A stretch of DNA of 64,000 bases from Eledone cirrhosa (GCA_964016885.1 OZ024763.1:4836001-4900000); one strand, 5' to 3'. Positions 1 through 13,147 are shown, counted from the first letter of the stretch. Program-made: numbers and translations. The notes: generated by a model not told the origin, from the sequence alone.

Positions 1-1725
1 GCATTAAGTTAGTTGACGGTCACAGAAAGAGTTATTGCACAACTAATCAGAGATCGAATTGATCTAGATGAAATGCAGTTTGGGTTTGTGTCAGGTAAAA
101 GTACCACAGATGCTCTTTTCCTTGTACGACAACTACAGAAGTACCTAGCAAAAAGTAAACCCCTCTACTTAGCTTTTGTTGACTTGGAGAAAGTCTTTGA
201 CAGAGTCCTCCCCGCTCCATTACCTGGTGGACCCTTAGAAAACTAGATGTAGATGAATGGCTTATGAGAGCTATACAACCCATGTATAAAGAAACAGTCA
301 ACAAGGTTAGAATTAACAATGAATATAGTGAAGAATTTAGCGTAAAGGTTGGTGTGCATCAAGGTTCTGTCCTTAGCCCCCTCCTGTTTATTATTGCCCT
401 TCAGGCTATAACAGAGGAGTTTAAGAACAGCTGCCCATGGGAACTTCTATACGCAGATGATCTAACGCTCATAGCTGAATCTATGGCTGAACTAGAGAAG
501 AAATTCCAAACATGGAAGCTTGGCCTAGAATCAAAAGGCCTTAAAGTTAACTTGTCTAAGACTAAAGTTCTAGTATGTAGAAAAGAAAATAGGGCACAGG
601 TACCCTCTGGGAAATGCCATGCTCAGTGTGTAGGAAAGGAGTAGGTAGAAATTCCATTCTATGTCCCAAATGCAAACTATGGGTACATAAAAGATGTAGT
701 GGGATAACAGGCAAGCTATCTAAGAACGTAGATTTTATATGTGGCTGATGCTCAGGTGCTCCTTCTACTGCCCAGCTGGTTCTATAGAAATAGTGGACAC
801 TTTCTGTTACCTGGGTGACAAAATCAGCAGTGGTGGAGGTGCTCTGAAAGTACAGTAGCCAGAGTTAGAACGGGATGGAAAAAGTTCAGAGAGCTTATAC
901 TGCTGTTGGCCACAAAAGGTTTCTTTCTAAAAATGAAAGGCAGGCTGTATGATGCCTGTATACGAACCACAATGTTACATAGCAGTGAGACATGGGCATT
1001 GTGTGCAGAGGACCTGTGCAGACTGGAAAGGAACGAAGCATGCATACTCCGTTGGATGTATAATAGTATACACGAACGGTTAAACATAAACAAACTAAGT
1101 GAGAAATTAGGAATAAGAGGGATCAGATGTTGTTTACTCGAGAGAAGACTACGTTGGTATGGTCACGTGATGTGCATGAAAGATGACAGCTGTATAAAAA
1201 AGTGCAGGGCGATCAAAATTGATGGAAGCTACAGAGTAGGCAGACCCAGAAAAACCTGGGATGACTTGATAAATTCCGACCTTGCACACTCTCTAAGACA
1301 ATGTCACTGGATCGAGATCTTTGGCGCCACGCAGTAAGACAGAAGTCCCGCGTTTCCTACGTGCAAAGTTAACCTACAGTCAATAGGCCCCTCCAAACCC
1401 ACTACCCCTACTCCACCCTTCCACTCCCGCCAACACCACCCTTTGGTACAACATCCAGTCCAAACTAATGAGGTTGTGTAGGTGTCACAACAAAAAAGAG
1501 GAAAAAAGGAAAGAAAAAAGAAGGAAAAAAAAGGGAAGAGAGAAGAAAAGAAAAAAGTCCAAACTGTAATGTGGTTGTGTGGGTAACACGGTAAAAAGCT
1601 CCCAGTCCACACTGTAAATGAGGTTGGTGTTAGGAAGGGAATCCAGCTGTAGAAATCAAGCCAGAATCAGTTCCCGTCTCACCCTTGCAAGCAGGGAAAA
1701 GCGGACGTAAAATGATGATGATGAT
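1..1725 (+). mobile_element. RTE-clade LINE, 3' part (frameshifted RT and C-terminus, 3' UTR, (GAT)n tail), inside a PMS1 intron
   Basis: ORFs 13-246 (QFGF..GKSTTDALF, LAFVDLEK), 264-644 (GVHQGSVLSPLLF, YADD) and 906-1337 (RRLRWYGHV, GRPRKTW) are successive frameshifted RTE RT pieces; ends in gatgatgatga. Confidence 0.9.
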
Positions 1726-1934
1726 ATATATGTAAATAAACAGAGTGTTCATTTTCCATGTTAGCAAGAGTTAAATGGGTTGTCACAGACCAGGTCAGTA
1801 CTGAAATGGAACTACTGACCTCTTATACGGGCCAGAGACAGTTTTGGTCATTTATGGTCCAGCAGTGTACGAAGTGCTGTAATGGAAAGACTTGTTCAAG
1901 CCATGCATGTATGGGAAAACAGACATAAAAAGGA

Positions 1935-2625
1935 TGATGAGGGTTGTAATGATGGTGGTAGAGGCGGTAGTGATGATGATGACAATGATGGTGTTGATAG
2001 CGATGGTAGTGGTTGTAATCATGATGGTGGTGGTGGTGGTGGTGGTGGTGGTAATGATGATGGTGGCGGTGGTGGTAATGATGGTGGTGGCGGTGGTGGT
2101 AATGATGGTGGTGGTGGTGGTGGTTATGATGATGGTGGCGGTGGTGGTAATGGTGGTGGTGGTGGTTATGATGATGGTGGTGGTGGTGGTGATGATGATG
2201 GTGGTGGTGGTGGTTATGATGGTGGTGGTGGTGGTTATGATGATGGTGGTGGTGGTTATGATGATGATGATGGTGGTGGTGGTGGTAATGATGGTGGTGG
2301 TGGTGGTGGTGGTGATGATGATGGTGGTGGTGGTGGTTATGATGGTGGTGGTGGTGGTTATGATGATGGTGGTGGTGGTTATGATGATGATGATGGTGGT
2401 GGTGGTGGTAATGATGATGGTGGTGGTGGTGGTAATGATGATGGTGGTGGTGGTGGTTATGATGATGATGATGGTGGTGGTGGTTATGATGATGATGATG
2501 GTGGTGGTGGTTATGATGATGATGATGGTGGAGGTGGTTATGATGGTGGTGGTGGTGGTTATGATGATGGTGGTGGTGGTGGTGGTGGTTATGATGATGG
2601 TGGTGGTGGTTATGATGATGGTGAT
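1935..2625. repeat. (GGT/GAT)n compound trinucleotide microsatellite
   Basis: Directly visible; produces spurious Gly/Asp and Val/Met ORFs. Confidence 0.95.
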
Positions 2626-2636
2626 GTTCTACTCAC

Positions 2637-2796
2637 CCAGAGCTTCTCCACGGAATCCGTAAGTTACCAATTCTTCCAAGTCTCTAAACTTGGATATTTT
2701 CGAAGTGCAGTGTCGTTTAGCAAAGTATGGGAAGTCCTCCTCCGTAATACCACAGCCATTGTCACGGACCTCAATACGATCCAAACCATAATTCTC
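2637..2796 (-). CDS. PMS1: PMS1 (MutL family mismatch-repair ATPase) coding exon 2
   Basis: ttttccctag|[53 protein letters not shown]|gtgagt; GHKL motifs DNGxGI and GFRGEAL; matches PMS1 as I recall it. Confidence 0.9.
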
Positions 2797-2989
2797 CTAG
2801 GGAAAATTTAAAAAATAACTTTTTAATAGCGCCTATTTGAAAAATAGCCCTGATGATTTCCTTCGAATGAAATATTTCTAATCCTGTAGTAGCCATTTCT
2901 ATATTAAATATTTATACTCTGCTATGTATTGAGTACCTTACTTAGTGTGGTTACCCCCGATTGAACATGGGATATACATATATATATAT

Positions 2990-3303
2990 AATAATTGTTT
3001 CTACTTTAGGCACAAGGCCAGCAATTACCCAGTGCATTACTGGTACTTTATTTTATCGACCCCCGTAAGGATGAAAAGCAAAGTCAACCTCGGCGGGATT
3101 TGAACTCAGACCGTAAAGGGACGTAACTATGCTGGGAGCATGGCGTCCGACCCTCTACTGATACTGTCAATCCATATAATAATAAAATATAATAATTGTT
3201 TCTACTTTTGGCACAAGGCCAACAATTACCCAGTGCATTACTGGTACTTTATTTTATCGACCCCGTAAGGATGAAAGGCAAAGTTAACCTCGGCGGGATT
3301 TGA
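2990..3303 (-). mobile_element. Two copies of tRNA-derived SINE (family S1)
   Basis: Reverse complement of the S1 consensus with B-box gagttcaaatcc and ...cacaaggcc...gtagaaacaattatt tail. Confidence 0.8.
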
Positions 3304-3385
3304 CTAATGTAATATATATATTGTAGATAGTAAACAACGAAAACAAAAGCAATAATACAAACTTCTGTTATATACCAATACGTAC

Positions 3386-3529
3386 CAATTTAACTTGTAT
3401 GTTTGTGGCACCAGCATCGATGGAGTTTTCTATGAGTTCTTTAACGACACAACTAACAGATGTTATCACCTGGGTACTCCCTATCAGACGTATAGTGTCC
3501 TGAGGTAGGGTTGTCAGAGTTGTCATCAT
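3386..3529 (-). CDS. PMS1: PMS1 coding exon 1
   Basis: [48 protein letters not shown]|gtacgt; MutL motif [12 protein letters not shown]; phase 0 into exon 2. Confidence 0.9.
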
Positions 3530-3760
3530 GTATATATATATATCAGTGTATATTTAGAATGTATGTTAAAAAATACCGTAGTATTCAAATATAAAACGAA
3601 TGAGCATTCGGTACTGGTGTGTAGTATCAAGACATTTATTTTTTACGTAAAATGGTAGCAGTGACTTCGAAGTTTCAGCTTAATTGCTTCATCTGTATTA
3701 TATTTATGCCTCAAACCAGTTGGGATAGCTTACGATTCAATGAAAGTTCCCGCCGTGAGT
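3530..3760. promoter_or_regulatory. Putative bidirectional promoter and ZNF 5' UTR exon
   Basis: Lies between head-to-head PMS1 and ZNF; TTCCCGCC (E2F-like) at 3747-3754, donor-like gtgagt at 3755, acceptor-like tgtcttcatag ending 4745. Confidence 0.4.
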
Positions 3761-4822
3761 TAAATGTACGAATAACTGAAACAACAGGGGAGATAACTGT
3801 TGACTGTTCCTTGAAACTTGATTATGTGGCTTAGTGTTTAGAGTGTTTTAATTCCTGAACTGGGCGACGTGTTGTGTCTTTGAGCAACATTTGTTGACAT
3901 TATGTACAAGGTGTCCCCACCAAAAATGTATAAATTCTCTTAATGGTGATAAAAACAATGTTTATATAGAATATTAAAGTTGTCTCCAATCAGTACAGCT
4001 GAAAAAGGCGAGTAGCAACATTAGTTGGAGGAAAAATTGATGTAACTGAAGGTATTAAATTATGTAGGGAACTTTTAAGTGATGTCACCGGTGTCATTTA
4101 GACAATGAAACATTATAAACATTGGTTCCATCGTTACAACTTAAACCTAATCTAATTTTATCTTTTATGGTGATTATTTCATATTAAGGTGGACGTTAAT
4201 GTTTGTAAATAACATAGGGTGACTTATTTACCTTATAGTTGTTATTTTATCACCTGTATTATTAAATATTTCATTTCATCACAAACAAGCCCCAACATCG
4301 TCAAGTGATTGTTCAACATTTTACAGGACAGGAAAATGATTTTTAAAAATCAGAAATCGGTGAACAATTAGTTTTTCCTAACTTATCTTGACTTTATATT
4401 TAGTTTTCAAAACCAAAGTATGTATTATTTCGTTTTCCATCACAGCACACACATTGTGAACTTTTTTACTATCTGTAGTGAAAAATCCTGATGTATTACA
4501 ACACACATCTATTTATTTCTCTCTTTCTCACATATAGATGTTAACCTTAATCTTTTGTTATTTGGAATATTAATTCTCTTGTGACCTGACCTGCCCTTAA
4601 TAACAAAAACCTTAACTTTCGAAGACTTATGAGCTGGAGATTTTAGGGTGCATAGAGCTTCTCTTACCTTAGCAAAAATAATAGCGGAATACTCCACTAT
4701 AATCACCTATATTTATATATATTGACACTTGAATTGTCTTCATAGGATCTATTAACCATATCTACATTTCTTAATGTATTAGTAAAAGTGGTGAGAATCC
4801 TATAAGATTACTAGCTGTAAAT

Positions 4823-5743
4823 ATGTCTGAATATAGCTGTGAGATTTGCATGGAAACTTTCTCTTCAAAGCGTAAACTGTCGTCACACAAAGATATACAC
4901 ACTGGAGAAAAACCCTATCACTGTGAAATATGTGATAAATCTTTCAGTGCTAATTCTAAACTTGTCATCCACATACGGAGTCACACCGGAGAAAAACCCT
5001 ACCACTGTGAAATATGTGGGAAATCTTTTGCCTACAACGGTGACTTGAAAAGACATAAAACAACACACACTGGAGAAAAACCTTTCCACTGTGTAATATG
5101 TGGGAAATCTTTTGCCTACAACGGTGACTTGAAAAGACATAGAACTATTCACACTGGAGAAAAACAATTTGACTGTGAAATATGTGGGAAATCTTTCGTT
5201 GATAATTCTAATCTTGTTGTCCATATGCGGAGTCACACTGGAGAAAAACCTTATTCATGTGAAATATGTGGTAAATCCTTTTCTCATAATTCTAATGTTG
5301 CAGTTCACAAAATGTTACATACTGGAGAAAAACCATTCCACTGTGAGATATGTGGGAAATATTTCACTCGGAATTCTACAATGATTGTTCACAAAAAGAT
5401 ACATACTGGAGAAAAACCATTCCATTGTGAAATATGTGGGAAATATTTCACTTGGAATTCTAATCTTGTAGCTCACAAAAAGACACATACGGGAGAAAAA
5501 CCATTCCATTGTGGGGTATGTGGAAAATCTTTTGTATCTAACAGTAAGTTAACGAAACACGAACGATTGCACACAGGAGGAACACCTTATTCATGTGAAA
5601 TATGTGGGAAATCTTTTTCTCGTGGTTCTCATCTTGTAGAACACAAAAGAACACACAGTGGTGAAAAACCCTACCATTGTGAAATATGTGGGAAATCTTT
5701 CACTCAGAATTCTTCACTGGTTGTTCACAAACGTAAACACTAA
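4823..5743 (+). CDS. Tandem C2H2 zinc-finger protein (11 fingers, no effector domain visible)
   Basis: 11 CxxC-x12-HxxxH units with TGEKP linkers in one ORF; decayed finger-like sequence follows the stop. Confidence 0.92.
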   Translation: MSEYSCEICMETFSSKRKLSSHKDIHTGEKPYHCEICDKSFSANSKLVIHIRSHTGEKPYHCEICGKSFAYNGDLKRHKTTHTGEKPFHCVICGKSFAYNGDLKRHRTIHTGEKQFDCEICGKSFVDNSNLVVHMRSHTGEKPYSCEICGKSFSHNSNVAVHKMLHTGEKPFHCEICGKYFTRNSTMIVHKKIHTGEKPFHCEICGKYFTWNSNLVAHKKTHTGEKPFHCGVCGKSFVSNSKLTKHERLHTGGTPYSCEICGKSFSRGSHLVEHKRTHSGEKPYHCEICGKSFTQNSSLVVHKRKH

Positions 5744-5850
5744 TGATAAAACCCATCACTGTGAAATATGAAACACTAATAAACACACACTGGAAGGAAG
5801 AACATAAAATGTGAAACGTGAGAAATACTTCGCTTACACAGCGAAGCTTA

Positions 5851-5904
<54 letters not shown>

Positions 5905-5909
<5 letters not shown>

Positions 5910-6092
5910 CTAAGGAAATGTGGTAAGGAACCAGGTGGACCATAACGCACCAAAGTACTCAATACTTAGGGTAGTAGGAACGAGTAGGACCCCGACGGCT
6001 GAGCTCAAGCCGTTTCGATGGCTAATTCTGGACGTCCAGAATTAGCCGTCGAAACGGCTTGAGCTCAGCCGTCGGGGTCCTACTCGTTCCTA
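5905..6092. mobile_element. Foldback element with hammerhead 3' half, in (TA)n
   Basis: Near-perfect palindrome 5975-6092 centred on gac|gtc; GAAA-CGGCT-tgagctc-AGCCG-TC at 6051-6073; related copies at 27970-28072 and 61891-62092. Confidence 0.75.
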
Positions 6093-6429
6093 TATATATA
6101 TATATAAATTCAATTCAATTCAAATCAAAATATCTATCTATCTATATATAGATAAGCGGAGCAAGTAAAATTCAAACAATTTCTCAAAATAAATTAAAAA
6201 ATATAATTTAAATATTTACCTAATAGAATTGCTTTTACCGATGGTTTCACCTTACAATTAGCTGCTAATTTTAGTGGCGTGATAGACAACACGTCTATAT
6301 TTACTTCCTGCTTCTACTAAGGTCTGGTTCATGCATAGGTCAAGTTTACGGCCTCATTCGATCCTGTGCTAGCTGGCAGGTGGCAATATAGTTTGCTGTT
6401 CTTGGGACTTCTGTCCTAGGAAAGGAAAA

Positions 6430-6512
6430 TGCTCTCTGATGATCCGAACATTTCCATTGGAGATCCCTAGAAATCTCCAATCTTTTGTAAGGTGAAACCG
6501 TCGGTAAAAGCA
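6430..6512 (+). ncRNA. Type I hammerhead ribozyme motif with long stem II
   Basis: TGCTCT-CTGATGA-[...attggagat/atctccaat...]-GAAA-CCGTCGG-TA-AAAGCA; 3' half duplicated inverted at 6150-6257. Confidence 0.65.
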
Positions 6513-6767
6513 AATGGATTAGGTAAATATTTAAATTATATTTTTTAATTTATTTTGAGAAATTGTTTGAATTTTACTTGCTCCGCTTATCTCAATTTTA
6601 TAGTTCTGGTATGTCAAATTAATACCTTAGACAACCACTGTATCATAGACACCCTATATATTTCCAGGGGTACTTAGTACCTGTGGGGATATTAATCTCC
6701 TTATATATATATATATATATATATAGTTAAATAAAAGTCAAATGATTAAAATTTAGCTTCGTTTATT

Positions 6768-6822
6768 ACTGCTATATATATTTCAGTGACAGCCATCTTT
6801 GGCTGTGACCTCTTCAGGCAGT
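6768..6822 (-). ncRNA. Minimal type I hammerhead ribozyme motif
   Basis: Minus strand ACTGC-CTGAAGA-GGTCACAGCCaaagatGGCTGTCACT-GAAA-TATATA-TA-GCAGT; perfect stem I, palindromic stem III. Confidence 0.75.
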
Positions 6823-7328
6823 TTGAATTAGTATGGTATAGACAAGTACATATGTTGTTTAGGTGTATGATATTGTCAATACTCTGATATGCCCAGTTCC
6901 TTGTTGGGTTGTTAATTCACTGGGGAACTGGAGTCATATGAATTCAAACAAACGAATTTTAGTGTCACAGGTCCCCTTCTCCTCTCATTGGTCAGTTATT
7001 AGTGTTGTCATTGTTGGAGTTAGCTTAAAAATTGATAAAATGGTAGAAGGGACAAGGTGTTGAAGGAACAAAATATCAAAAAATGTGTCAAACTTCCCAT
7101 TGTTCAGTTCTGAGAGCATTCATCAGTCAGAAGTCTATAGAATTCTTTCTGGGGTGAGGCTCCCTGTAGTGTTTATGCCTGCTATTGTTCAGTACATTTG
7201 ACCTCCACCATTATTTTGGTACTGTTGTTGTTGTAGTGGTCAGCTTATATCTTGCTGCTGCTAACAATTTAGAAGTATTCAGTTTGTGTTTTCTCTTCAT
7301 CTATATATATATATATATATAGATAGAT

Positions 7329-7612
7329 ACAGTGGAATCTTGGTTCATGAGCTTAATTGATTCCTGAAGGTTGATCGTCACCTGAATTATCGTTCCCATA
7401 TGAAATGTTAAGAGAGAGAGATTATGTGTAAAAGGCAGTTAGATATCAGCATAGCAAATGATGCTTTCTTGCTGATACTCCCAGATTGATGCCAACCATT
7501 GTTGCTGGCCTCCGTGTTCATTACTTGAGAGACCGTTCATCAACGAAGACATTTTATGTTTGAAGATATTGTTTAGGAAATGATTTGTTTGTGAAATTAG
7601 GTTCCACTTTAT
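7329..7612. mobile_element. Degraded Tigger/pogo-like MITE
   Basis: ta-cagtggaatct...aggttccact-tta imperfect terminal inverted repeats. Confidence 0.35.
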
Positions 7613-9899
7613 ACATGTTCCTTCTTTCTATCTCTTTCTCACTTCCTCTCTCTCTCATTTTCTCTCCTCTGGAAGAAATCAACAGTTCTAACCTGGAGAG
7701 GGAAGGGCTCCACCCAGCTTAAAATGTCTACAGTGGCACCCCGATATCTCCATCAGTTCAAAACAAAACAAAAGATTGATGTGTTCTTCACTAACTGGTT
7801 TATATTTATATTTGTGAGAAAATATCCACAATTTTGTAACTTTAAATATTTGTTGGATAGTATTTTCATGACAGTTTAAATTATGACTCTTTTTATAAAT
7901 AATTTACATCTGAAAATATTTTACGAGTTTCTTCTTTTTTTCTTCACCTACTTATTCCTGAAGGGGTCGTAGAGGGGTAGAGTCCTCACACACCCCTTCT
8001 AGGAGGTCCTATCTGTGTAGAATTTATAATAAATTGTTAAGTTAAAACTTTCTGTATATACTACTCACACATCTAAAGATAATGACTCATTTTCGTACAC
8101 ATACACCACACACTGTAAAATTTATAATAAATTGTTAAGTTAAAACTTTCTCTATATACTACTCACATACCATATCACACTCCACAATACACACCCCATC
8201 CCACACACACTAATCACACCACACAAACACACACATATAAACTAGATAGTTACACCCAGTATGTTAATTTCAGTTAATTTTTTGTTACAAACCTCAACAT
8301 CCGAAACCTCATTTAGTTACCAAAGTGGAGTGGAACTCATCAGATTGGACCAAGGAAACAATGTTTCCATTGGTCTTTCCAATTGATGATATTATCTACT
8401 ATCTACCAGTTGCAACTCCTGGTAGGTAGAACAAGGTATAATAAAGTGTCTTGCTGAAGGAGATAACATCACCTGGTCCAGGAATTGAACTCAGAACCTC
8501 ATGATTATCAATCCAACTCTCTTACCACTGAGCCATGTGCCTTCCTATGTTTCAGTGATAGTGGACAGTAAATGATGATGATGATGATGGTGGTTATTTT
8601 ATTTGATTGATTGACCAGTTGATCATCTCAATGGTGTATTATTGCCTTTTTTTTTCACAGGGTCTCTTGAAATCCTTGAACAAGACACTTTATTTCATGT
8701 TGCTTCAGTTCAATCAGCTGGAAAAAAAATGTGTCACATCACTGGTACCAAGACTTATTGCCCTTTGACTTTCCTTTGGACAACATCGTGTACTGTATAT
8801 ATATTTTGTGTATACTGAATATATATATATATATATATAGTTTATACATTGTATGTATAGCGTATATATGTTGAGAAGACCCCTAAGTAGTTCCAAGGAC
8901 TTGGCAACCTCTCTAGTGTTGCTGATCTAAACTATAAACACACTCAGTACATGTTTTGATGTGGTTGGTGATAGGAAGGTCATCCAGCTATAGAAAGCTG
9001 CCAAAAATCGGTTTGGAGAACCCTTCAAGGACGTATGACAAACCTCTGTAGTTTTGGGATCTAGATAAATACACCCAGTACCTGCTGTAAAGTTGTAGAT
9101 AATAGGAAGGGTATGTAGCTATAGAAAACGTGTCAAAGTGTTGGGAGGACCCTTCGGCTGTGTCAAAGACATGACAACCTCACTAGTGTGGGGATCTACA
9201 TGTTAAACACACACAGTACATGCTGTAAATTGGTTTTTGATAGGAAGGACTCTCAGTCGTAGGAAGCTTGCCAAACAGAAGTTTGGTAGAACCCTGCAGT
9301 TCTGTTAAAGACATGACAACTAGTACTGGTGCCACAATAAAATACACTCAGTAGAATGTGGGACCATATGTAAGGGAAATGTCGACCCCAACCCCATCCT
9401 GGTCTATGAAGACTTGTTCAACCCTTGCTAGCAGGGAAAGTGGACATTAAATGATGATGATCTGTGACGTCACTGGTGCCAAGGTGTTTCAGACTTACCC
9501 TTGGACAACATTATATATAATGTGTATATATAATCCTTACGGGGTCGATAAAATAAAGTACCAGTAATGCACTGGATAATTGCTGGCCTTGTGCCTAACG
9601 TAGAAACAATTATATATAATGTGTATGTTATATATATAAATATATAAAATTTATATTGTCTATATGTAGCATATACACATTGTGTATGATAATCATAATT
9701 ACATCCACTGTTCCATGCTTGCATGGGCTGGACAAGTCCTTCTCAGTACGACATCTCTCCAGTCTTAGAGATTTGAGTTCAGCCCTGCATCACATGTCCA
9801 TACCACTGCTGTCTTTTCTCCGGCACCCCACCTCAGATTCCCCTTAAAACCAGCTTCGATGGATGTGTAATAGTAATATACGCGAACGGCAAAGCATAA

Positions 9900-10145
9900 A
9901 TGAATTGAAAGAGAGACTGAGCATAAGAGGAGGTTGCGTTGTTATGGACATGTGATGCGTATGAAGGATGACAGCTACATAAAAAGGTGCTAGAAGGTGC
10001 TAAAAGCTGCATAAAAAGGTGCGATGGAAACCGCGGAGTGGGGAGACCCAAGAAGACCTGGGATGAGGTGATAAAAGCCGACCTTACCCAATTACACTTC
10101 TCAAAGGCGATGACACACGACCGTGACCTCTGGCGTCACACAGAA
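9900..10145 (+). mobile_element. RTE LINE C-terminal fragment
   Basis: Encodes GHVMRM...GRPKKTWDEVIKADL...DRDLWR. Confidence 0.75.
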
Positions 10146-10354
10146 GACCCCCCCCCCCCACAGGTACAAGCTGAAGCATATAGACAATATGCCCCCACAC
10201 CCTCCCACTGCAAAAGAGCACCCAGCCCACACTGAATTGGTATGATTCTGAGCACTTATTTCTGTTGCTTGGATGCTGTCTACAACATAAAGCTGAGCAT
10301 ATTGTCTTCGTTTGCCTTCATTTGGATGAAAATGTGAAGTTTTGTGGTAAATTT

Positions 10355-10672
10355 GTCCATGCCAAAAGTAGAAACAATTATTAGTAAAGTACCAGTAATA
10401 CACTGGAATAATTGTTGGCCTTGTGCCAAAAGTAGAAACAATTATTAGTTATAAAATAAAGTACCAGTAATACACTGGAATAATTGTTGGCCTTGTGCCA
10501 AAAGTAGAAACAATTATTAGTTATAAAATAAAGTACCAGTAATACACTGGAATAATTGTTGGCCTTATGCCAAAAGTAGAAACAATTATTAGTTATAAAA
10601 TAAAGTACCAGTAATACACTGGGATAATTGCTGGCCTTGTGCCAAAAGTAGAAACAATTATTAGTTATAAAA
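10355..10672 (+). repeat. About 4 tandem 72-bp units made from the SINE S1 tail
   Basis: Unit ggccttgtgccaaaagtagaaacaattattagttataaaataaagtaccagtaatacactggaataattgtt. Confidence 0.85.
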
Positions 10673-10697
10673 CCTACATCATTTACACGGGCAGCTC

Positions 10698-12838
10698 TCA
10701 TTGCATTGGTATTCCTTTGCTTTCTTTGAATAGTCTCTTCCGTTTCATTTGCAATTCTTTGGGAAACTTTCTCTGATATTCTCTCCTTGCATCAGTTTCA
10801 TTTTCATGGCAACATGCTTGTCGAATTCTGTCTTGGTTTCTGATGGCAGCAGATCTTTCAGCTGAGATGTTTGCTCTTCTATTTCTCTGTCTTACTCTCG
10901 CTAAACGACATTTCTTTTCAATTGTGCTCTCCATTACTGAAACCAACCTAAACTCATACGGCTTAAAGCCACAAAAAGCAGGCCGTGACTTATAGTTGAT
11001 GTTGTAAAATCTCCCTATTCAAAATTTATTACATACATTTCTTAATATAAATAAATTAGGCACATGTATGAACTGTTAAATTATGGGTGGATGGATGTGT
11101 ATTTATAATATACCTTTCAACTGCAGTCATTTTATATTCTTGATACACTCAGACAATAATTATTTTCTCTAATGAGTTTGTATATGTTTGTGTAGATGTG
11201 TGTGATTGTTGTAGTGATAGGGTCGTGTCCGTGTAACTATTAAGATGTATTCTTCGCAAGATGAATGATAAAAAGAATGATGAAGAATTGGGATGTTGTT
11301 GACATTTATTTTATAATAGTAAAATTCACTCGTTGGATACAGTTATCACTACATTAGTTGTTTTACTAACTACTTCGAGCTAGCGTAAATGCACACCAAG
11401 AATGTGCTTGTGTTTTTAAGTCAATACTGTCAGTAAATGTATGTATAAAAAAAATGATACAATAGAAGTTGTGTATAATAGAATTTGTGTGCTTTACAGT
11501 AGTATAGAATGGCAGGAAGTCAAAGGATAGGTAAAGTGTATAAGGGACAATAGAAGGAAACTTACTTTGTGTTTGTGTTAATCCCTTACATACGTGGTTT
11601 CTGTGGTAGCGGTCAGTCCATCTCTCTAATTCACTGACTGTCAAGCGAGTAAGAAATGTGAGAGAATAACCTAATAACTGTATTCATGAAGAGAACCCAT
11701 AGTGTTAGTAGAACGGTTCTTCTATCGTCTGTGTTAACCACTATCTTTGATCCGTCTCTCGAAGCGCTTGTATTTATAAGAATACTCTTGCTAGAAGAAC
11801 GCGTATATGGTTTTTGAGACAATAGCCAGGGTACCTGCCTGCCGTCTGGGGTTATAGGTCAAGTGGTATGTAACATTTATCATTGTTGTCTTTTGACAGA
11901 ACAATCGTAAGAACACCTAATAGGTGATTTTAGAGGCGAGAAATTTTAGATTCGATTTCGAATCTCCGCCATGCAAAACATAGAAGAATTGAGTTACATT
12001 GTAATAATTATTTTTAACAAAACATAAATAGAATTGGATGGCCAAGAACATGGGATCCCATTTGCTGACTATACGGATTAATAGGCAAAGTTATATAAAC
12101 TATTGTAAATAAATAACTTCTCAATATTATTTAAAATAGAGTACCAGTAATACACTGGGTAGTTGCTGGCCTTGTGCCAAAAGTAGAAAAAATTATTTAA
12201 TGATTGTATTTTAAGATGTGACATCGATCACCGTATTTGAATGCATTTGATTTTAGTTACTGAAAGAACGCTCGTTAAAAATAATTATTACATACACATC
12301 TACACAAACATATACAGACTCATTAGAGAAAGTAATTATTACATGCACACACACACACACACACGTGTGTGTGTGTGTGTGCATATGCATACATTTATAT
12401 GTATGAATAACAGAGGTGTAGCGAACACTGTTTTCTATACTTTGTCACAGACCCCTTACGTGTGTGTATGTACTAATTATTTTTATCTAGCGTTCTCAGA
12501 ATGGCTACACTTTGTGAGTGTTGTCCAAGGAGTCAAGTCCCCAGCAATATCGAAATAAATTAGAATTATCAAGAATATAAAATGATCGCAGATGAAAGCT
12601 ATATATAAATACATATCTACCCTTTAGCCGTAATTGTTTACAACACGGGGCCAGCTAGTATATAAATATATTTAACACAAACACTCACATAATCATAACA
12701 ACCAATGTGTATAGCCAATTCGCTATACATATACACATACAGGCACTGTTTTCTGGAATTTGGTCACAGCCCCAGTCCTTCCTCAGTTTATCATCTCTTG
12801 TGACGGACAAAAACACAAACGCATTATATATTAGTAGA
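10698..12838 (-). mobile_element. Helitron-like remnant
   Basis: Minus strand starts a|TCTACTAATATATAATGCG at 12838, typical of a Helitron 5' end; ORF 10698-10946 is R/E-rich like RepHel N-terminal repeats; a + strand CTAG|T end motif lies near 12655. Confidence 0.45.
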
Positions 12839-13147
12839 TTATTAGAAGAATGTTACTGATATTTGAATAATCAAGATCTATACAAACAAAATGATATAAA
12901 GATATAGTTTGTGCTTCTAATATTTAGTCATTGGCTGTCATGAGTAGACTTGAGATGTCCCCCATCCTGCGTAAGGTGGGAATTGAATTTCAGATATATT
13001 CCACTTCGATTTAATATCTTTTTTATTAATCATCTGAAGATGGAGAAGCACAAACTATATCTGTATATCATTTTGTATGCATAAATCTTGATTATACGAA
13101 TTTCACCTAACATTCTTAAGGAATTAAAATGATTAAAAGCTCATTTT

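Noticed and set aside
1882-2811. 309-aa Gly/Asp-rich ORF
   Set aside because: Trinucleotide microsatellite; its 3' end is antisense to the real PMS1 exon.
11210-11876. Possible solo LTR(s): TGTAGTGATA...TATCACTACA and neighbouring sequence
   Set aside because: No TSD, no second copy and no convincing PBS or PPT.
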